A stretch of DNA of 64,000 nt from Nitrospirota bacterium (GTDB taxonomy: Bacteria > Nitrospirota > UBA9217). Each line of letters opens with the position of its first letter. Position 1 is the first letter of the stretch. The notes below the pieces were generated by a model, which was not told the origin of the DNA, made no database searches, and saw only the letters and a list, made by a program, of their open reading frames with translations. Location: assembly GCA_963818475.1 (NCBI GenBank), contig CAWFSF010000006.1, positions 2,290,907 to 2,354,906 on the forward strand, read 5' to 3'. Below, piece by piece: positions 30,975 to 42,383 of the stretch. The position numbers and the translations under genes are program-made.

Positions 30975-32586
30975 CTATGTTCTCTCCCATCGTTTCACAG
31001 CAAAAGCCACCACCAGCGATACAGCCAAAGCCCCTGCCAGAAGCAGGAACGAGACGAACACGTTGTTCAGCAGCGCCGGGTTGACCAGCAGCACCAGCGC
31101 CAGCCCGAGCATCATGGCCCCCGACACCAGCTTCAGGAGCCTCCCCTGCCATTCCGTCAGCTGCCGTTTCCCGAGCGTTATGCCGAACGCCACAACAATG
31201 ATCAGCAGCGGGATAACGTAAATAACATTGTAGAGCACCAGATACAGGTAGTAGGAGGCTGTTGACAGGCTGTTCAGCGTCAGTATGCGTGTGTACACCA
31301 TCGGGAACCCGGCCGTGCAGAGGAGCTCATAGGAGTTCGCGGCAATAGCCAGGACCGTCGTGCCCAGGAGCAGCGACAGCAGCGACGAGGCATGAATAAG
31401 GCGGCGCATCCGGTCGAACAGCTTCGGTTTGGCGCTGTCGGGGATCGTGAGGGACAAGCCCTTTTTGAACAGGAAGAAGTCCTTGATATTGATGGCGGCA
31501 ATGACGAGCGAGAGCCCGCCGGCGACCCGGGTGATGAGCGCAACCTGGCCCATGACCAGGAACAGGTTGAGCCAGGCGGCCATAAAAAGGAAATAGATGA
31601 AGCCCGAGAAGAACACAAAGACGCCGCCGACGAACAGCATCCTGCCGCGCGACCGGGCATAGACCATGAGCCCCAGGAGGGACAGGAGCACAAAGAACGC
31701 GCAGGGATTAAAGCTGTCCATGCCGGCGATCATGACCGTAAGGAGCGGCAGGGACGTTGCCGTTGTGTCGACGCTTCCGAACAGGGGAAGGTCGATGACA
31801 GTATTTTCGCCTGCATAGGTCAGCGTTGACCCTTCTGCCTGAGAAGCGGTTATCGTGCCGCGGGACGCCGGCAACGACCCCGGCAGCACCGGGCCTTCCG
31901 AAGCCGGGGTTTTGAGCGACGCAATGCCGCTCAGAATATCCATGGGATCGGTACAAGGATCAGCGGCGCATCGCTCGACAGCGGACGCGATCTGTCTGCC
32001 AATCTGTTCGGTAAATCCGACAAACACCTCGCGGTCCACAAAGGTCATGGGCACGCCGCTGATGCTGTTGTGATACGCACGGGACAGCTCGGCCAGCAGT
32101 GCTGCGTTCTTTTTGTCATGCCACACTTCGTAGGACCTGATATCCATGCCCGGGTGGAGCGCGCCGCAGGTCCTCCAAGAACGGTTTCTCGTCATCACAA
32201 TGGGGACAGCCGTCGCCCCAGAAGAAATATACGGTGAACCTCCGTTTCAAGGACCGGGTGCTTATATCATCCGGTGTGCCAGGGCTGCTCCTGTCCCGGC
32301 CTGAAGGAGCAACCGTTCCTTCTTCGAACGGGAAAGGGGCAGGACCATCACCCTGCGGAAGAGAAAAAAACAGGCCCTTCGTTCCCTCAGAACTGTCTGC
32401 ACACGCTTCTGACTCAAAACCGGGCGGGCAGATGCCTTGCTGTGTCAGGGACGGAATAGATAAAATTGCGTCATCCTCGTGGCTGCCGTCCGGAACCATT
32501 TCAACTCGTTCCCCTGCGGATGCATTCAGCCCGCTGAGGCACAGAGAGATCAAAAGGACAATAAAAATCAAAAAGCGGAATATCAT
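30975..32586 (-). CDS. Glutaredoxin/thioredoxin domain fused to a CcdA-like membrane domain (frameshift ~32160)
   Basis: Signal peptide, FFWGDGCPHC, GVP; membrane part DSFNPCA...ELLCTAGFP. Confidence 0.7.
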
Positions 32587-32703
32587 ACGAGCGTACCCCG
32601 GCTCTCTTGCTGCATGATTTATCTTTATTTTACCATTTTTTACAAGAAATTACGGCGGAAGGGCATGTCAGGCAAGGCCTGATTGGAGATGCGCTTTTGG
32701 CAT

Positions 32704-32738
32704 AAAAAAACCGCTGCCCTCACCGGGAGGACAGCGGT
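32704..32738 (-). terminator. Intrinsic terminator after the HesB-like gene
   Basis: Minus strand ACCGCTGTCCTC-CCGGT-GAGGGCAGCGGT-TTTTTT. Confidence 0.75.
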
Positions 32739-32777
32739 AGAATTTGGCCGATCAATGCGTCAAGCGAGGTGCTCGCT

Positions 32778-33083
32778 CTAGCAGGTGCTGCACGATGAAC
32801 CGCAGGAACTCTGTTGCATGCCCGTGAGCACGAAGCCCTGAGCTTCCACGAAATCGATGGTGGTCGTGTTCAGCATGTCGTTTGCTTTCTGTTCAAGAAA
32901 AAGCTTGAGTCCGTCCTTCTCAAGGGTGATATCGCCCTGTGCTGCTGCTTTGGCTATGTCCATAGCCAGTGAAGGGCTTCAGCCGCCGGGGACAACGAAT
33001 ATCCGCACACCGTCCCCTGCCTTTCCCTGCTTCTCAACAACCGTTTTAAACTGTTTTACCGCACCGTCCGTCAAACTTACCAT
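32778..33083 (-). CDS. HesB/IscA-like selenoprotein (in-frame TGA at 32979-32981)
   Basis: RBS AGGAGG; MVSLTDGAVKQF...VRIFVVPGG-TGA-SPSLAMD...TIDF...GFVL...SCGSSC; hairpin after the TGA. Confidence 0.8.
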
Positions 33084-33340
33084 GGGTCCTCCTGGCTGCA
33101 TGCTGAGCCTGTGATCTCAGTCATGATAGATGTCGTACTGCCTCGTAACTGAAAATTACAAGGTGTGCATAGTACCAATATATTCGCTGAACTGCAACTG
33201 TTTTTTTGCTGCCCGGAGCCGCCTAAAACCCTGTTATACCCAGGTAGATGCCGGCAGCAATTAGCACGATCCCGCTGTGCGGCCTTGCCGATCAGTTCGT
33301 TGCATTCCAGGTGTCTGGATATGCGCTATCCCCAATAGAC

Positions 33341-33430
33341 TCAGCCCCTTACCCAGGCAAAGATGAACGCCGAGACAATGATTATCACCCCGGTGACCAC
33401 GGCCATGATCAGAGCATACCACCGGCGCAT
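33341..33430 (-). CDS. Small single-TM protein (29 aa)
   Basis: RBS GAGGAG just after the oxidoreductase stop; MRRWYALIMAVVTGVIIIVSAFIFAWVRG. Confidence 0.5.
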   Translation of the reverse strand: MRRWYALIMAVVTGVIIIVSAFIFAWVRG

Positions 33431-33443
33431 GGGCAGTCTCCTC

Positions 33444-34757
33444 TCAGACGATATTGAAAAGCTCTGAATGAAACTTCGCTACAGGAACCCCCAATCTGCG
33501 CAGGGCCTTCTCGCAGACATCCATCATCGGTACCGGCCCGCAGATGAAGAACTGGCGCCCCCCCGCTTCAGGGACATGCCGCGCGATCATCTCGGCGTTG
33601 ATAAAGCCGCTTTCCCCCTGCCAGCCGGGCGGCGGGTTCTCAATGATATGCACGACCCGCAGGTCCAGAAGCCCCTTGAGTTCATCCAATTCCTCGCGGA
33701 ACGCCACACGCTCCCACCGTTTGTTGGCATAGAAGAGCAAAAGCGGGCGGGCGTCGCCCCGGTCCGCCAGCGTCCGAAGCATGCTCATGATGGGGGCCGC
33801 GCCGATGCCTCCTGCGATGAAAACGAAAGCCTCGGCCGGATACCGGTCACAACTGAATGAGCCGTACGGGGCGTCTACGTAGACGGTTTCTCCAGGGTCG
33901 AGCGTTTTGATTTTCCTCGTGAAGTCCCCGCGCTCCTTGATGGTGAACTCCAGGACAGGGGCCTGCCCGGCGCTCGATGCGATGGAGAAGGGATGGTCCT
34001 TCATAGCGAAAGGCGAGTGCCAGATCGAAAGCCAGGCGAACTGTCCGGGAAGGAACCGGATGCCGCCATGCCCTTTCGGACGTATCCGTATCGTCCAGTT
34101 GTCGCCGCGCTCCCCTTTTACTTTTTCAACAACATAAGGCCTCCGGCGCACCAGCAAGGGGCTTACAATCCACATATACAGGACGAGCCATGCCCACGCC
34201 AGGCCGAGCGCGGACCAGAAGATGCGCTTCCACTGCTCCTGCGTGGAGTAGCCAACGCCTGCGATGTGCCCTATCGCGGCAAGAATCGCGACGACGGCCA
34301 AAACCCGGTGCCAAAGCCGCCAGTTGTCGTACTCGATGTTGAAACGCTGCCTCACGACAGTCACAACGCTCAGGGAAACGACGGCCAGCGCCGAGACGAT
34401 GCCGGCCTTAAAGCTGAGCGGTGTCGTCACCGGGTCCAGGAGCGCGACAGTCGTCGGGTGCGTGAAAAAGATTATCGCCGGATGGACGACGACGAACCCG
34501 CAGACGAGAAGGCCGACGTATTTGTGGAAGTAGTAGATGATGTCGATGCCGAAAGGGGCCGTGGCTGTCTTGAAGCGGGCCGTCAGGGCAAACTCCATCC
34601 CCATTGTCGTGATGCTCATGAACCCCAGGGCCGACGAGAATTCCCACCAGAAGTCTCTTCCCGGCAGGGGCTTGCTGGCCAAAAGCGCAAAAATCGGGCC
34701 GACTATGATGAAGAGGTAAAGCCCGTACCAGAATCCTCTTGGTATGAAGTAGTTCAT
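33444..34757 (-). CDS. Ferric-reductase-like transmembrane protein with FAD/NAD(P)-binding oxidoreductase domain
   Basis: TM His residues (YFHKY, VVHP, WHRV, GHI), HPFSIAS, IAGGIG, ICGP, ELF. Confidence 0.85.
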   Translation of the reverse strand: MNYFIPRGFWYGLYLFIIVGPIFALLASKPLPGRDFWWEFSSALGFMSITTMGMEFALTARFKTATAPFGIDIIYYFHKYVGLLVCGFVVVHPAIIFFTHPTTVALLDPVTTPLSFKAGIVSALAVVSLSVVTVVRQRFNIEYDNWRLWHRVLAVVAILAAIGHIAGVGYSTQEQWKRIFWSALGLAWAWLVLYMWIVSPLLVRRRPYVVEKVKGERGDNWTIRIRPKGHGGIRFLPGQFAWLSIWHSPFAMKDHPFSIASSAGQAPVLEFTIKERGDFTRKIKTLDPGETVYVDAPYGSFSCDRYPAEAFVFIAGGIGAAPIMSMLRTLADRGDARPLLLFYANKRWERVAFREELDELKGLLDLRVVHIIENPPPGWQGESGFINAEMIARHVPEAGGRQFFICGPVPMMDVCEKALRRLGVPVAKFHSELFNIV

Positions 34758-35010
34758 CGTTGAACGTCCACGGTTTTCGTCTTATATTTACTTGTATGAC
34801 AAAGGCTATTACGGCGTCCTGTTTTATTGAAAAAAGAAGTGTTCAGAGGATGACATGAATACCTGAGGCGTCACCTTGGCCCTTCCTCGACCGCGCCTGA
34901 CAGATTCTCTACGATCGAAGACTACACTGCAAACCGACTCAATGGAGGCGCGACAATGAGAAGAAAAAGCATTTTAAGCGTAATGATTGCAGTACCACAC
35001 GATCCTTACA

Positions 35011-35907
35011 TCATGCCTGCTTCGCTTTACAGATGAGCACCGAGCAGTCCGCATGACCGAGGACATTCCGGGCCACGCTTCCGAGCATGCCCCGGACCCC
35101 GCGCATGCCCCTGCTCCCGATGGCGATGACGTCCGCCCCGGTTTCCATCGCCGCTTTGAGTATCTGCTCCGATGGGTCTCCGCTCTTCATCAAAATCGCC
35201 ACGTTCCGGAATTTCTCATTCAGAGCTGTTCGGGCCTGCTCCAGTACCTCCCCGGCATGTTTCGATTCCACCTCTTTCATGCCGGCCACGATCTTCTTGA
35301 TCCGATCGTCCATCTCCGGATAAAATCGGTCCGGGATTTCCGTATGCATCGAGGCTGATATGTTCACCGCCGTCATTGTCGTGTCCTTCGAAAAAGGCAG
35401 GGAAACCAGAAGTTTTTCCGTCTCCCTGGCGCAGTCCGAACCGTCGGTGGCAAAGAGTACCTTGAGCGGTCCGCCGGATTTCCCCTGGGGAGGTTTGACG
35501 ACCAGGACGGACCTGGGAGCGCTGATGGCCACGGCCCGTGCCACGCTCCCGAGCAGCAGCGCCCCTATCGCCTTCTTTCCCCTGCTGCCCATGACGATCA
35601 AATCATGGTCGGCCTGTGCTGCCACGGCGAGAATGGCGTCAGCGGGGTGACCCGTGGTCACCGCAGTGGAAACGTTCGCCGGGAGGTCTTTCAGAAGTCC
35701 TGCGGTCTCGTCAATGATGCCAGGCGCGATTTCCTCGCCGAGCTGCACCAATGCGGCGGAATACGGATCGTCGCCGTGCGGAAAGGGTATCCCGGGCACA
35801 ACATGCAGCACCGTGATATTGTCCAGTGCCGATAAATCGAACCGCGCCAGAAACCGCGCCGCTCTTTCCGAGTGTTCAGAACCGTCAGTTGCCAGTAAGA
35901 ACTTCAT
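35011..35907 (-). CDS. Tandem universal stress protein, copy 1
   Basis: LATDGSEHS, VMGSRG..LLGSVA, second USP domain. Confidence 0.88.
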   Translation of the reverse strand: MKFLLATDGSEHSERAARFLARFDLSALDNITVLHVVPGIPFPHGDDPYSAALVQLGEEIAPGIIDETAGLLKDLPANVSTAVTTGHPADAILAVAAQADHDLIVMGSRGKKAIGALLLGSVARAVAISAPRSVLVVKPPQGKSGGPLKVLFATDGSDCARETEKLLVSLPFSKDTTMTAVNISASMHTEIPDRFYPEMDDRIKKIVAGMKEVESKHAGEVLEQARTALNEKFRNVAILMKSGDPSEQILKAAMETGADVIAIGSRGMRGVRGMLGSVARNVLGHADCSVLICKAKQA

Positions 35908-35910
35908 TGA

Positions 35911-36186
35911 TCACCTCCTGAGCGCTCCCGATGTCAGTTCACGCGCAGCCGCGTCGGGATCATCGGCGTCTATAGCGCACGAATACCCTTTTGCCCGGCA
36001 GTATTTCACCAGCTTCCCGATTGTATCCCGGAACTCCTCGCACAACGTCATGAGTTCTCCCGTCCCCTCGCAGCCTTTCTTCCGCTCCTTCGCAAGAAGA
36101 TAGACTTGAGCGTACTCCCGGGCCTCGTCAAGGAGCGCCGCGAGACGGACATCCGAATTAGATGCCTGCAGCAGACTATCAATCAT
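35911..36186 (-). CDS. Hypothetical protein
   Basis: 91-aa ORF with RBS (GGAG), coupled to the USP gene; its 3' end is echoed at 38517-38570. Confidence 0.55.
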   Translation of the reverse strand: MIDSLLQASNSDVRLAALLDEAREYAQVYLLAKERKKGCEGTGELMTLCEEFRDTIGKLVKYCRAKGYSCAIDADDPDAAARELTSGALRR

Positions 36187-36230
36187 TTTTAATCTCCGCC
36201 CGCTGTTCTTCCACTCGTTCTTTTATATCC

Positions 36231-37275
36231 TTACCGGGAGGATAAGACTCCGAACAGATACCCGCCAAAGACCGTGAAAACAATGATCAGGCTTACGTAC
36301 GCAACAGTTCGTTTGGTCCCCATGATCTTGCTGACGACCAGGATGCTCGGAAGTGAAAGCACAGGGTCGGCGAGAAGATAGGCCATAAGCGGTCCTTTTG
36401 CCATGCCGAGATCGAGAAAGACCTTTGCCATCGGCACCTCGACCAGTGTCGGGAAATACACAAGCACGCCGAAGATAACAGGGATAATCAGTGCGGTCAG
36501 GGAATTTGATCCCACGTAGGTCGTAACAAACTCCTGGGGCAATAACACCTTGACCATGCCCGATACAAAGACCCCGGCAAGAAGAAGCGGGGCGATCGTT
36601 TTCGCAAAACCCCAGGTTTCCATCATCCAGCTCTCGATTTCTTCTTTGATAAAGAACTTTTTTGCGATCACGGCGCTCATGCCGATCAGAAGGAGCACGA
36701 TCACATACTTGATCCAGGGTACGCTTATCCTTGTCCCGACCAGCAGTATGCCGATGAGGGCGCTGAAAAGATAAAATAATCGCCTTATATCGTGCTTTTC
36801 TCGCTTTTAACAAAGGTATCAGAGGCCTGCGCCTCCTCGTCCTCGTGAAAAAGCTTACTGATGATTATGCCAATGAAACGGCAAACAGGACGGAAAAGAA
36901 TATCCGGGCCACTGCCACGTCCCAGCCGATGAGGCTGCCGGTATAAAGAATCGCCACTATGTTCGTCGCCGGGGCGGTATAAAGAAAAGCGATTGCCGGG
37001 CCTATACCTGCGCCTCCCTTTCTTATGCCCGCAAAGAGCGGAAGCACCGTGCAGGAGCAGACCGCAAGCAAAAGACCCGTAACAACCGCAATGGGATAGG
37101 CAACATGCTTTAGGGGAGTTTTTCCCAAGGTATGGCAGACAGCAGGTCCTTGGGGATCAGCGCTGCCATTGCCCCGGCAATGAAAAAGGCCGGGACAAGA
37201 CAGAAAAGCGTATGCGCAAGCACATAGTCGTAGATCAGCCTCAAGCCCTGAGGAAACTAAAAGGGAGATGTTCAT
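36231..37275 (-). CDS. DUF318/ArsP-like permease (frameshifted)
   Basis: AVCSCTVLPLFAG, GPAIAFLYTAPATN, YFPTLVEVP, LSLPS. Confidence 0.75.
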
Positions 37276-37276
37276 G

Positions 37277-37510
37277 TTACCTCCTCAGGAAACCTACTAT
37301 TTCCTCAACGCTCGGTATCTTCCCGCTTGCCACTGTTTTGCCGTCTATCACCAATGCCGGGGTCATAAATATGCCCCTCTCGATAATTTTGGTCATGTCA
37401 TAGACATGTTCTACCGTTGCGTCGACTCCTGCAATTGCAACCGCTTCCTTTGCCCGTTTTTCGAGTTCCGCACATTTACTGCAGCCTGAACCGCAAACTT
37501 CGATCTTCAT
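37277..37510 (-). CDS. MTH895/ArsE-like small thioredoxin
   Basis: GSGCSKC, TPALVIDG, GKIP. Confidence 0.85.
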   Translation of the reverse strand: MKIEVCGSGCSKCAELEKRAKEAVAIAGVDATVEHVYDMTKIIERGIFMTPALVIDGKTVASGKIPSVEEIVGFLRR

Positions 37511-37613
37511 TGTTCGCCTCCTTGCTATAAAACATTAAACACTTTAGCGGGTCTGTCTTTCACCAAAAAGCCACCGAAGAAAGCCGGTCCCGCCGGTTTA
37601 AGCTGTCTCTTCC

Positions 37614-38502
37614 TTACGCTTGCAGATCAGGACCGAGCAGTCCGCGTGGGCGAGGACGTTCCGGGCCACGCTGCCGAGCATGCCGCTGACGCCGCGCATC
37701 CCCCTGCTTCCGAGAGCAATGATGTCCGCCCTGTGTTTCCCGCGCAGCCTGGAGGATCTGTTCCGACGGGTCTCCATTTTTGATCAGCACCGCCACGTTC
37801 TGGAACTTTGTCCTGCAGCCGTGTTCTGGCCTGTTCCAGTACTTTTTCCGCATGTTTCGTTTCCGCTTCCTTCATCCCTGCCATGATCTTCTTTAACCGC
37901 TCGTCCAGGCCCGGACAGAACCGGTCGGGAATGTCCATATACGTTGAGAGCGAGACGTACACAGCCGTGACGCTCGTGTCAGGATGAAAGGGAATCAGGG
38001 AAAGGACCCTCTCCGTTTCCCTGGCGCATTCCGAGCCGTCGGTGGCAAAGAGCACCTTGAGCGGTCCGTCTGGTTTCTCCTGGGGCGGCTTGACGACCAG
38101 GACGGATTGCGGAGAGTTGATCGCCACGGCCCGCGTTACGCTCCCGAGCAGCAGCGAACCGATCGCCTTCATTCCCCGGTTTCCCATAACGATGAGATCA
38201 GGACCGGATTGCGCGGCCACGTCGATGATGGCCTCGGCTGGATGGCCCGTGGTCACTACGGTGGACACGTTCGCCCGGAGGCCTTTCAGTAATTCCGGCG
38301 GTCTCATCAATGATCCTGGGCGCAAGTTCCTCGCCGAGCTGCATCAAAGCCGCGTTGTAAGGCCCGCCGCTGTGAGGAAACGGCAATCCGGGATGACGTG
38401 CAGCACGGTGATCTCATCGGCCTGTGAAAACTCGAAGCGCGCCAGAAAACGCGCCGCACCATCCGAATATTCCGAACCGTCTGTGGCAAGTAAAATCTTC
38501 AT
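37614..38502 (-). CDS. Tandem universal stress protein, copy 2 (frameshifted)
   Basis: Paralog of 35011-35907 (LATDGSEYS, LLGSVT, PLKVLFATDGSECARETE). Confidence 0.78.
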
Positions 38503-38659
38503 GGATCACCTCCTGATTGTTCGATATCAGCGCATGCGCCGCTGCTTCGGGATCATGGGAGCTAATAAAGCTGCCGTCAGTACTATTCCGAAACCCTAAA
38601 AGATCGCGTTTATCCGATGCTGATGAGTTTTTTTGCTATTTCGCCGCACCATTTGGCGC

Positions 38660-39086
38660 CTATTCTCCAGACACCTCCGCAATAACGGGAAGATATTCCT
38701 TCTTTGTTGCTTTTTTGCGCAACAGGAGCAGGACCAGAACGCCGACGATCAGGCCAGAGCATGCCGAGCGCAACACCGTAAGCTCAGACGGCCACCCAAA
38801 CCGGGCCGCAAGCGGAATACCTCCCGCAATGCCGATCAAAAACAACAGTACCGGTATTCCATACACCGCCGCCACTGCCTTCATGTACACAACGGACTCA
38901 AGGCGCACCCGAACCCGGTCGCCTACCTTTGCCTGAGCAACGTTTACCGCTTCGAACACGACCCTTCCGCCCATTGCCAAGTCCTCGACTTACCCGCAGA
39001 CCGCACTGGGCGCACGCGGACGTCCGCTCAACCTCCACGGCGGCCTTCCCGCCGATAATCTTCACTACACGTTCGACGTCTTCCAT
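38660..39086 (-). CDS. RseC/MucC family protein (frameshifted)
   Basis: VEVERTSACAQCG, AKVGDRV, AAVYGIP plus two TM segments. Confidence 0.7.
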
Positions 39087-39381
39087 CACTGCACTGCTCC
39101 GTGTTCATATGCTGCTTTCTTTATTATGACACGTGCCGCTTTGTTTAGTTGACTTTTCCCGTGCCAAGACCGTTTTTCTGCGTACCAACGTTTTCCTTTG
39201 CAACAGGTATGTCGACGGCGCAGTATCGCGCAGGAGTATGCACTTTGCTTCACTTTTCTGTTCTTTCGCGAATGTTTAATCCATGGGCTTGTTCTGCTGA
39301 TATTGACCCGCTTTTACTTCACCGCATATTTGTAATCGTTGTCCTTCTTTCCGCCTAGGTCTTTGTAAGAGACAAATCGCT

Positions 39382-40318
39382 TCATTTCAAAATCCCCTTC
39401 ACGATCACATCCACCGCCTCCTCGGGAGAAAGGCCATGGGCCATGAGCGTTTCGAGCTGCCGCTTATCAACACTGCCGATGGCTGCTTCATGAGTCACCT
39501 TCGCGAGCGGATGGGTCACACTCACCATGGGGATCGCCTTTGCCACGGCATTGTCCTTCACGATTTCCACGCAGTCCACATGACCTCGCGCGCCGGCGGC
39601 ATTGCCTTCGGTGATTCCTTTGACCTCGGCCGTGGCCTCATCCTCGATTGCGACCCTCGCTTTGATGAGTCCTCGGGCGTTCTCGCCTGCGAGCGTGACC
39701 TTCTCCTTGATCTTCACATCGTCGTTCGCATGTCCGAAAACACGGGCAACAAGCTCGACCACGGCATTCTCGCCTGCGGTAACGTCGTAATCGATATCGA
39801 GCTTGCCGACCCTCCCATTCACAGAGTGTAAAGTCCGTATAGAACCTGCTGTTCTTGCCGACAACGACCGTGAGCTTCGGTACGACCTCGATGCCGCCAT
39901 AAACACCGTGATAATGGGTCTCGGAATAGCGCATCTCGGCCCCTTCACCGATATCGACCACGGCGTACATGAGGTGTCTTACTTTCTCGGCCTTGGGGAA
40001 TATGCAGTGGGCTATAAAGGTGGCTGATGAATTCTTTTCAAGCTTCACGTCCATCTCGATCTTCTGCGTCCCCTTTTTATGGAGCACGCCAAAGCAGAGG
40101 TGAACAGGCTTCTGAAGTTTAACTCCTTCACGGACCGTGACCTTTGCGCTGATGCCGTTCCTCATCTCCCTCGCACGAACGTCGATTCCCTCGACCTCAC
40201 GAGCGCTCAGAATATTACTTCCGCTTACAGACAGGTGGGCAATGCCCGTGTCAGCGAGCGCACCCTTGTCCCCGCCCGCCTCTCCGAAAGCCTTCAGCAA
40301 TTCATCGAGCTCAGACAT
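39382..40318 (-). CDS. SufB/SufD-family scaffold (SmsB-like), copy 2 (frameshifted)
   Basis: Close paralog of 29181-30116 (PVHLCFGVLHKKGTQ, GHVDCVEIV, VTHEAAIGSVD). Confidence 0.82.
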
Positions 40319-41026
40319 AGGCGCACGCTTCCCCGTCGCAGACAAGACATTTTCTCGTTTTGTAGTATTCGGCAACCTTCACCGGGTTGCCTGAACAGAC
40401 GATCTTCCCATTGCATACCTGCGAGGCCCGGTCGGCGATAAGAGCTATCTCCTCCCTGTGGGTAATGAGCAGGACGGAAGACCCCGCTTGCTTGAAAGCT
40501 TGTATCACATTGATGATGTCTTGCGTTGAAAGCATATCGATTCCCGAATCGGGCTCGTCAAGAATTGCTAGCCGCGGATTCATCGCCAGCAGGGACGCAA
40601 GCTCGATTCTCTTTCGCTCCCCTCCGCTCAGAGACTTATCAACCATTCTGCGAAGGTAAAGCTCCGGATGAAGTCCTACCATCGCAAGGCAAGATGACGG
40701 ATCTCTCTCTTTATTCTTGATGGTCAGATAATCCCTGACCGATATACCCTCAAATCTCACCGGTTCTTGCCATGCCATGGTGATCCCGAGCCGTGCCCGT
40801 TCATAAATATTCAGGTCATTGATGACCTTGCCGTCAAACACTATGTTCCCTGATGACGGCCGGTATCCCCGCAGCCCATGATGAGACTGGCGAGGGTGCT
40901 CTTCCCGGTCCCATTTGTGCCGAGAAGAGCATGGACCTCCGAAGTCTCCATGGCCAAGGAGAACTCGTCGAGAATTGTTTTATCGCCCGCCCGGAAGGCA
41001 AGGTCGTTAATCTCCAGTAGTGACAT
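40311..41026 (-). CDS. SufC-like ABC ATPase (SmsC-like), copy 2 (frameshifted)
   Basis: GTNGTGKST, LSGGERKRIE, LDEPDSG. Confidence 0.82.
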
Positions 41027-41046
41027 AATTTAGATACCCTCCGTGA

Positions 41047-41451
41047 TTACCGGATGGAATTATCCTTTTCCGTCGCCGGTTTGATGTCGAGGACGGGCGT
41101 CCCGTCCAACATGTCCAGGCCTTGGATACGAATAACGCTGCCTTCGACGCCGAGGACTTCCACAACCGACATGCCGATGGGATTCGGCCTGATTGGCGAA
41201 CAAATGCTGAAGACACCTAACCGCTCGTTGCGGTGCGGAGGAGTTTGTACCAGAAATTCCGGAGTGAATTGTAGGCTTTGATGGAAATAAAAAAGCACGA
41301 CAATGCTCTGCCCGGCCTTGAGGTCCTTAAGTCCTTGGGCATACTCTTCATTGATAATTATAGCACCTTCAACTTCGGACACGGTCCAGTGCCTCGGGAC
41401 CTTCCCGACATCGGTTTTCACGAAACCTATCGGTTCAAATTCGATCTTCAT
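41047..41451 (-). CDS. tsaA: TsaA/TrmO-like SAM-binding tRNA methyltransferase domain
   Basis: EPIGFV, GVFSICSPIRPNPIG, GLDMLDGTPVLDIKP. Confidence 0.8.
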   Translation of the reverse strand: MKIEFEPIGFVKTDVGKVPRHWTVSEVEGAIIINEEYAQGLKDLKAGQSIVVLFYFHQSLQFTPEFLVQTPPHRNERLGVFSICSPIRPNPIGMSVVEVLGVEGSVIRIQGLDMLDGTPVLDIKPATEKDNSIR

Positions 41452-42215
41452 GACTGACCCCGCTTTAGTAGCCCCCACGCCATCTTCGCCGCTATAACGT
41501 AGAGCACGATGCCGATGATCTTCTTCACCTGATTGGCGTCGAGCTTTTTGTGCATGAGCCATGATCCCAGGATCGCACCCGCGATTGACCCAACGGCAGC
41601 GAACGTCAGCAGGTTCCAGTTGATGCTACCCATGGCCGCATGGCCGAAGAAACCCGAGAGTGACGAGAATACGACGATGAAAGCCGTGGTAGCCGCTGCT
41701 TTTTTTGGATCAATACCGAGCCAGACGAGAGCCGGAACAATGAAGTTTCCACCGCCCACGCCCAAGAGCCCGCCGAGGTACCCCGCGCCTATACCCAGAC
41801 CGATGCCGGTCTTGAGTTCCTTTCCGCTGTCTCTCTGACCCTCCGTTTTCTTTTTCGGTTTATAAAAAAGCATCATCGATGCCGCGAAGACCAGAAAGAG
41901 CACGAATAGTAGAATCAGAACGTTTTTGGGGAAGTACTTCGTCGAATATGCGCCCAGGGGAGAAAAAACGACTGCAAGCACAATGATCGGAATGGCAGTC
42001 CTGAACAGAACAAGGTTGTAGCGGATATAGTTGGCCGACGCAAAGGTCATGCTGATGGCGTTCAACAGCAGGCCGATGGCCATGGCCTCCGTAAGCGGTA
42101 CGCCGAGCCAGTAGAATGTGGGTATTACGATGAAGGCCGATCCCACGCCCGCAATGGTAAGGACCGTGGTGAATACAAAAACGAGAACGGCTGCGGCTGC
42201 ATTAATGGCAAGCAT
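41448..42215 (-). CDS. TauE/SafE sulfite-exporter family protein
   Basis: AGVGSAF..P, GLLGVGGG..IVP, KAAATT; ~8 TM. Confidence 0.85.
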   Translation of the reverse strand: MLAINAAAAVLVFVFTTVLTIAGVGSAFIVIPTFYWLGVPLTEAMAIGLLLNAISMTFASANYIRYNLVLFRTAIPIIVLAVVFSPLGAYSTKYFPKNVLILLFVLFLVFAASMMLFYKPKKKTEGQRDSGKELKTGIGLGIGAGYLGGLLGVGGGNFIVPALVWLGIDPKKAAATTAFIVVFSSLSGFFGHAAMGSINWNLLTFAAVGSIAGAILGSWLMHKKLDANQVKKIIGIVLYVIAAKMAWGLLKRGQS

Positions 42216-42242
42216 GACAGGTCTCCTTTTTTGCCGGACCAT

Positions 42243-42345
42243 ACCCGCACAGAACAGCTTGCCTCAAGGAAGGCAAAGAACGCAGAGAAAAAAGACCCCC
42301 CTGACGAACAGGCATACTCTCCGTTCTCTGCGATCTCTGCTGTAA
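42243..42345. repeat. Palindromic element with CGCAGAG-type nonamer repeats
   Basis: CGCACAGAAC..GCAAAGAACGCAGAGA ... TCTCCGTTCTCTGCGATCTCTGCTGT. Confidence 0.6.
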
Positions 42346-42383
42346 GTCTTACTTTCCGCGCGACGGGTACGACAGGCTTCTCT

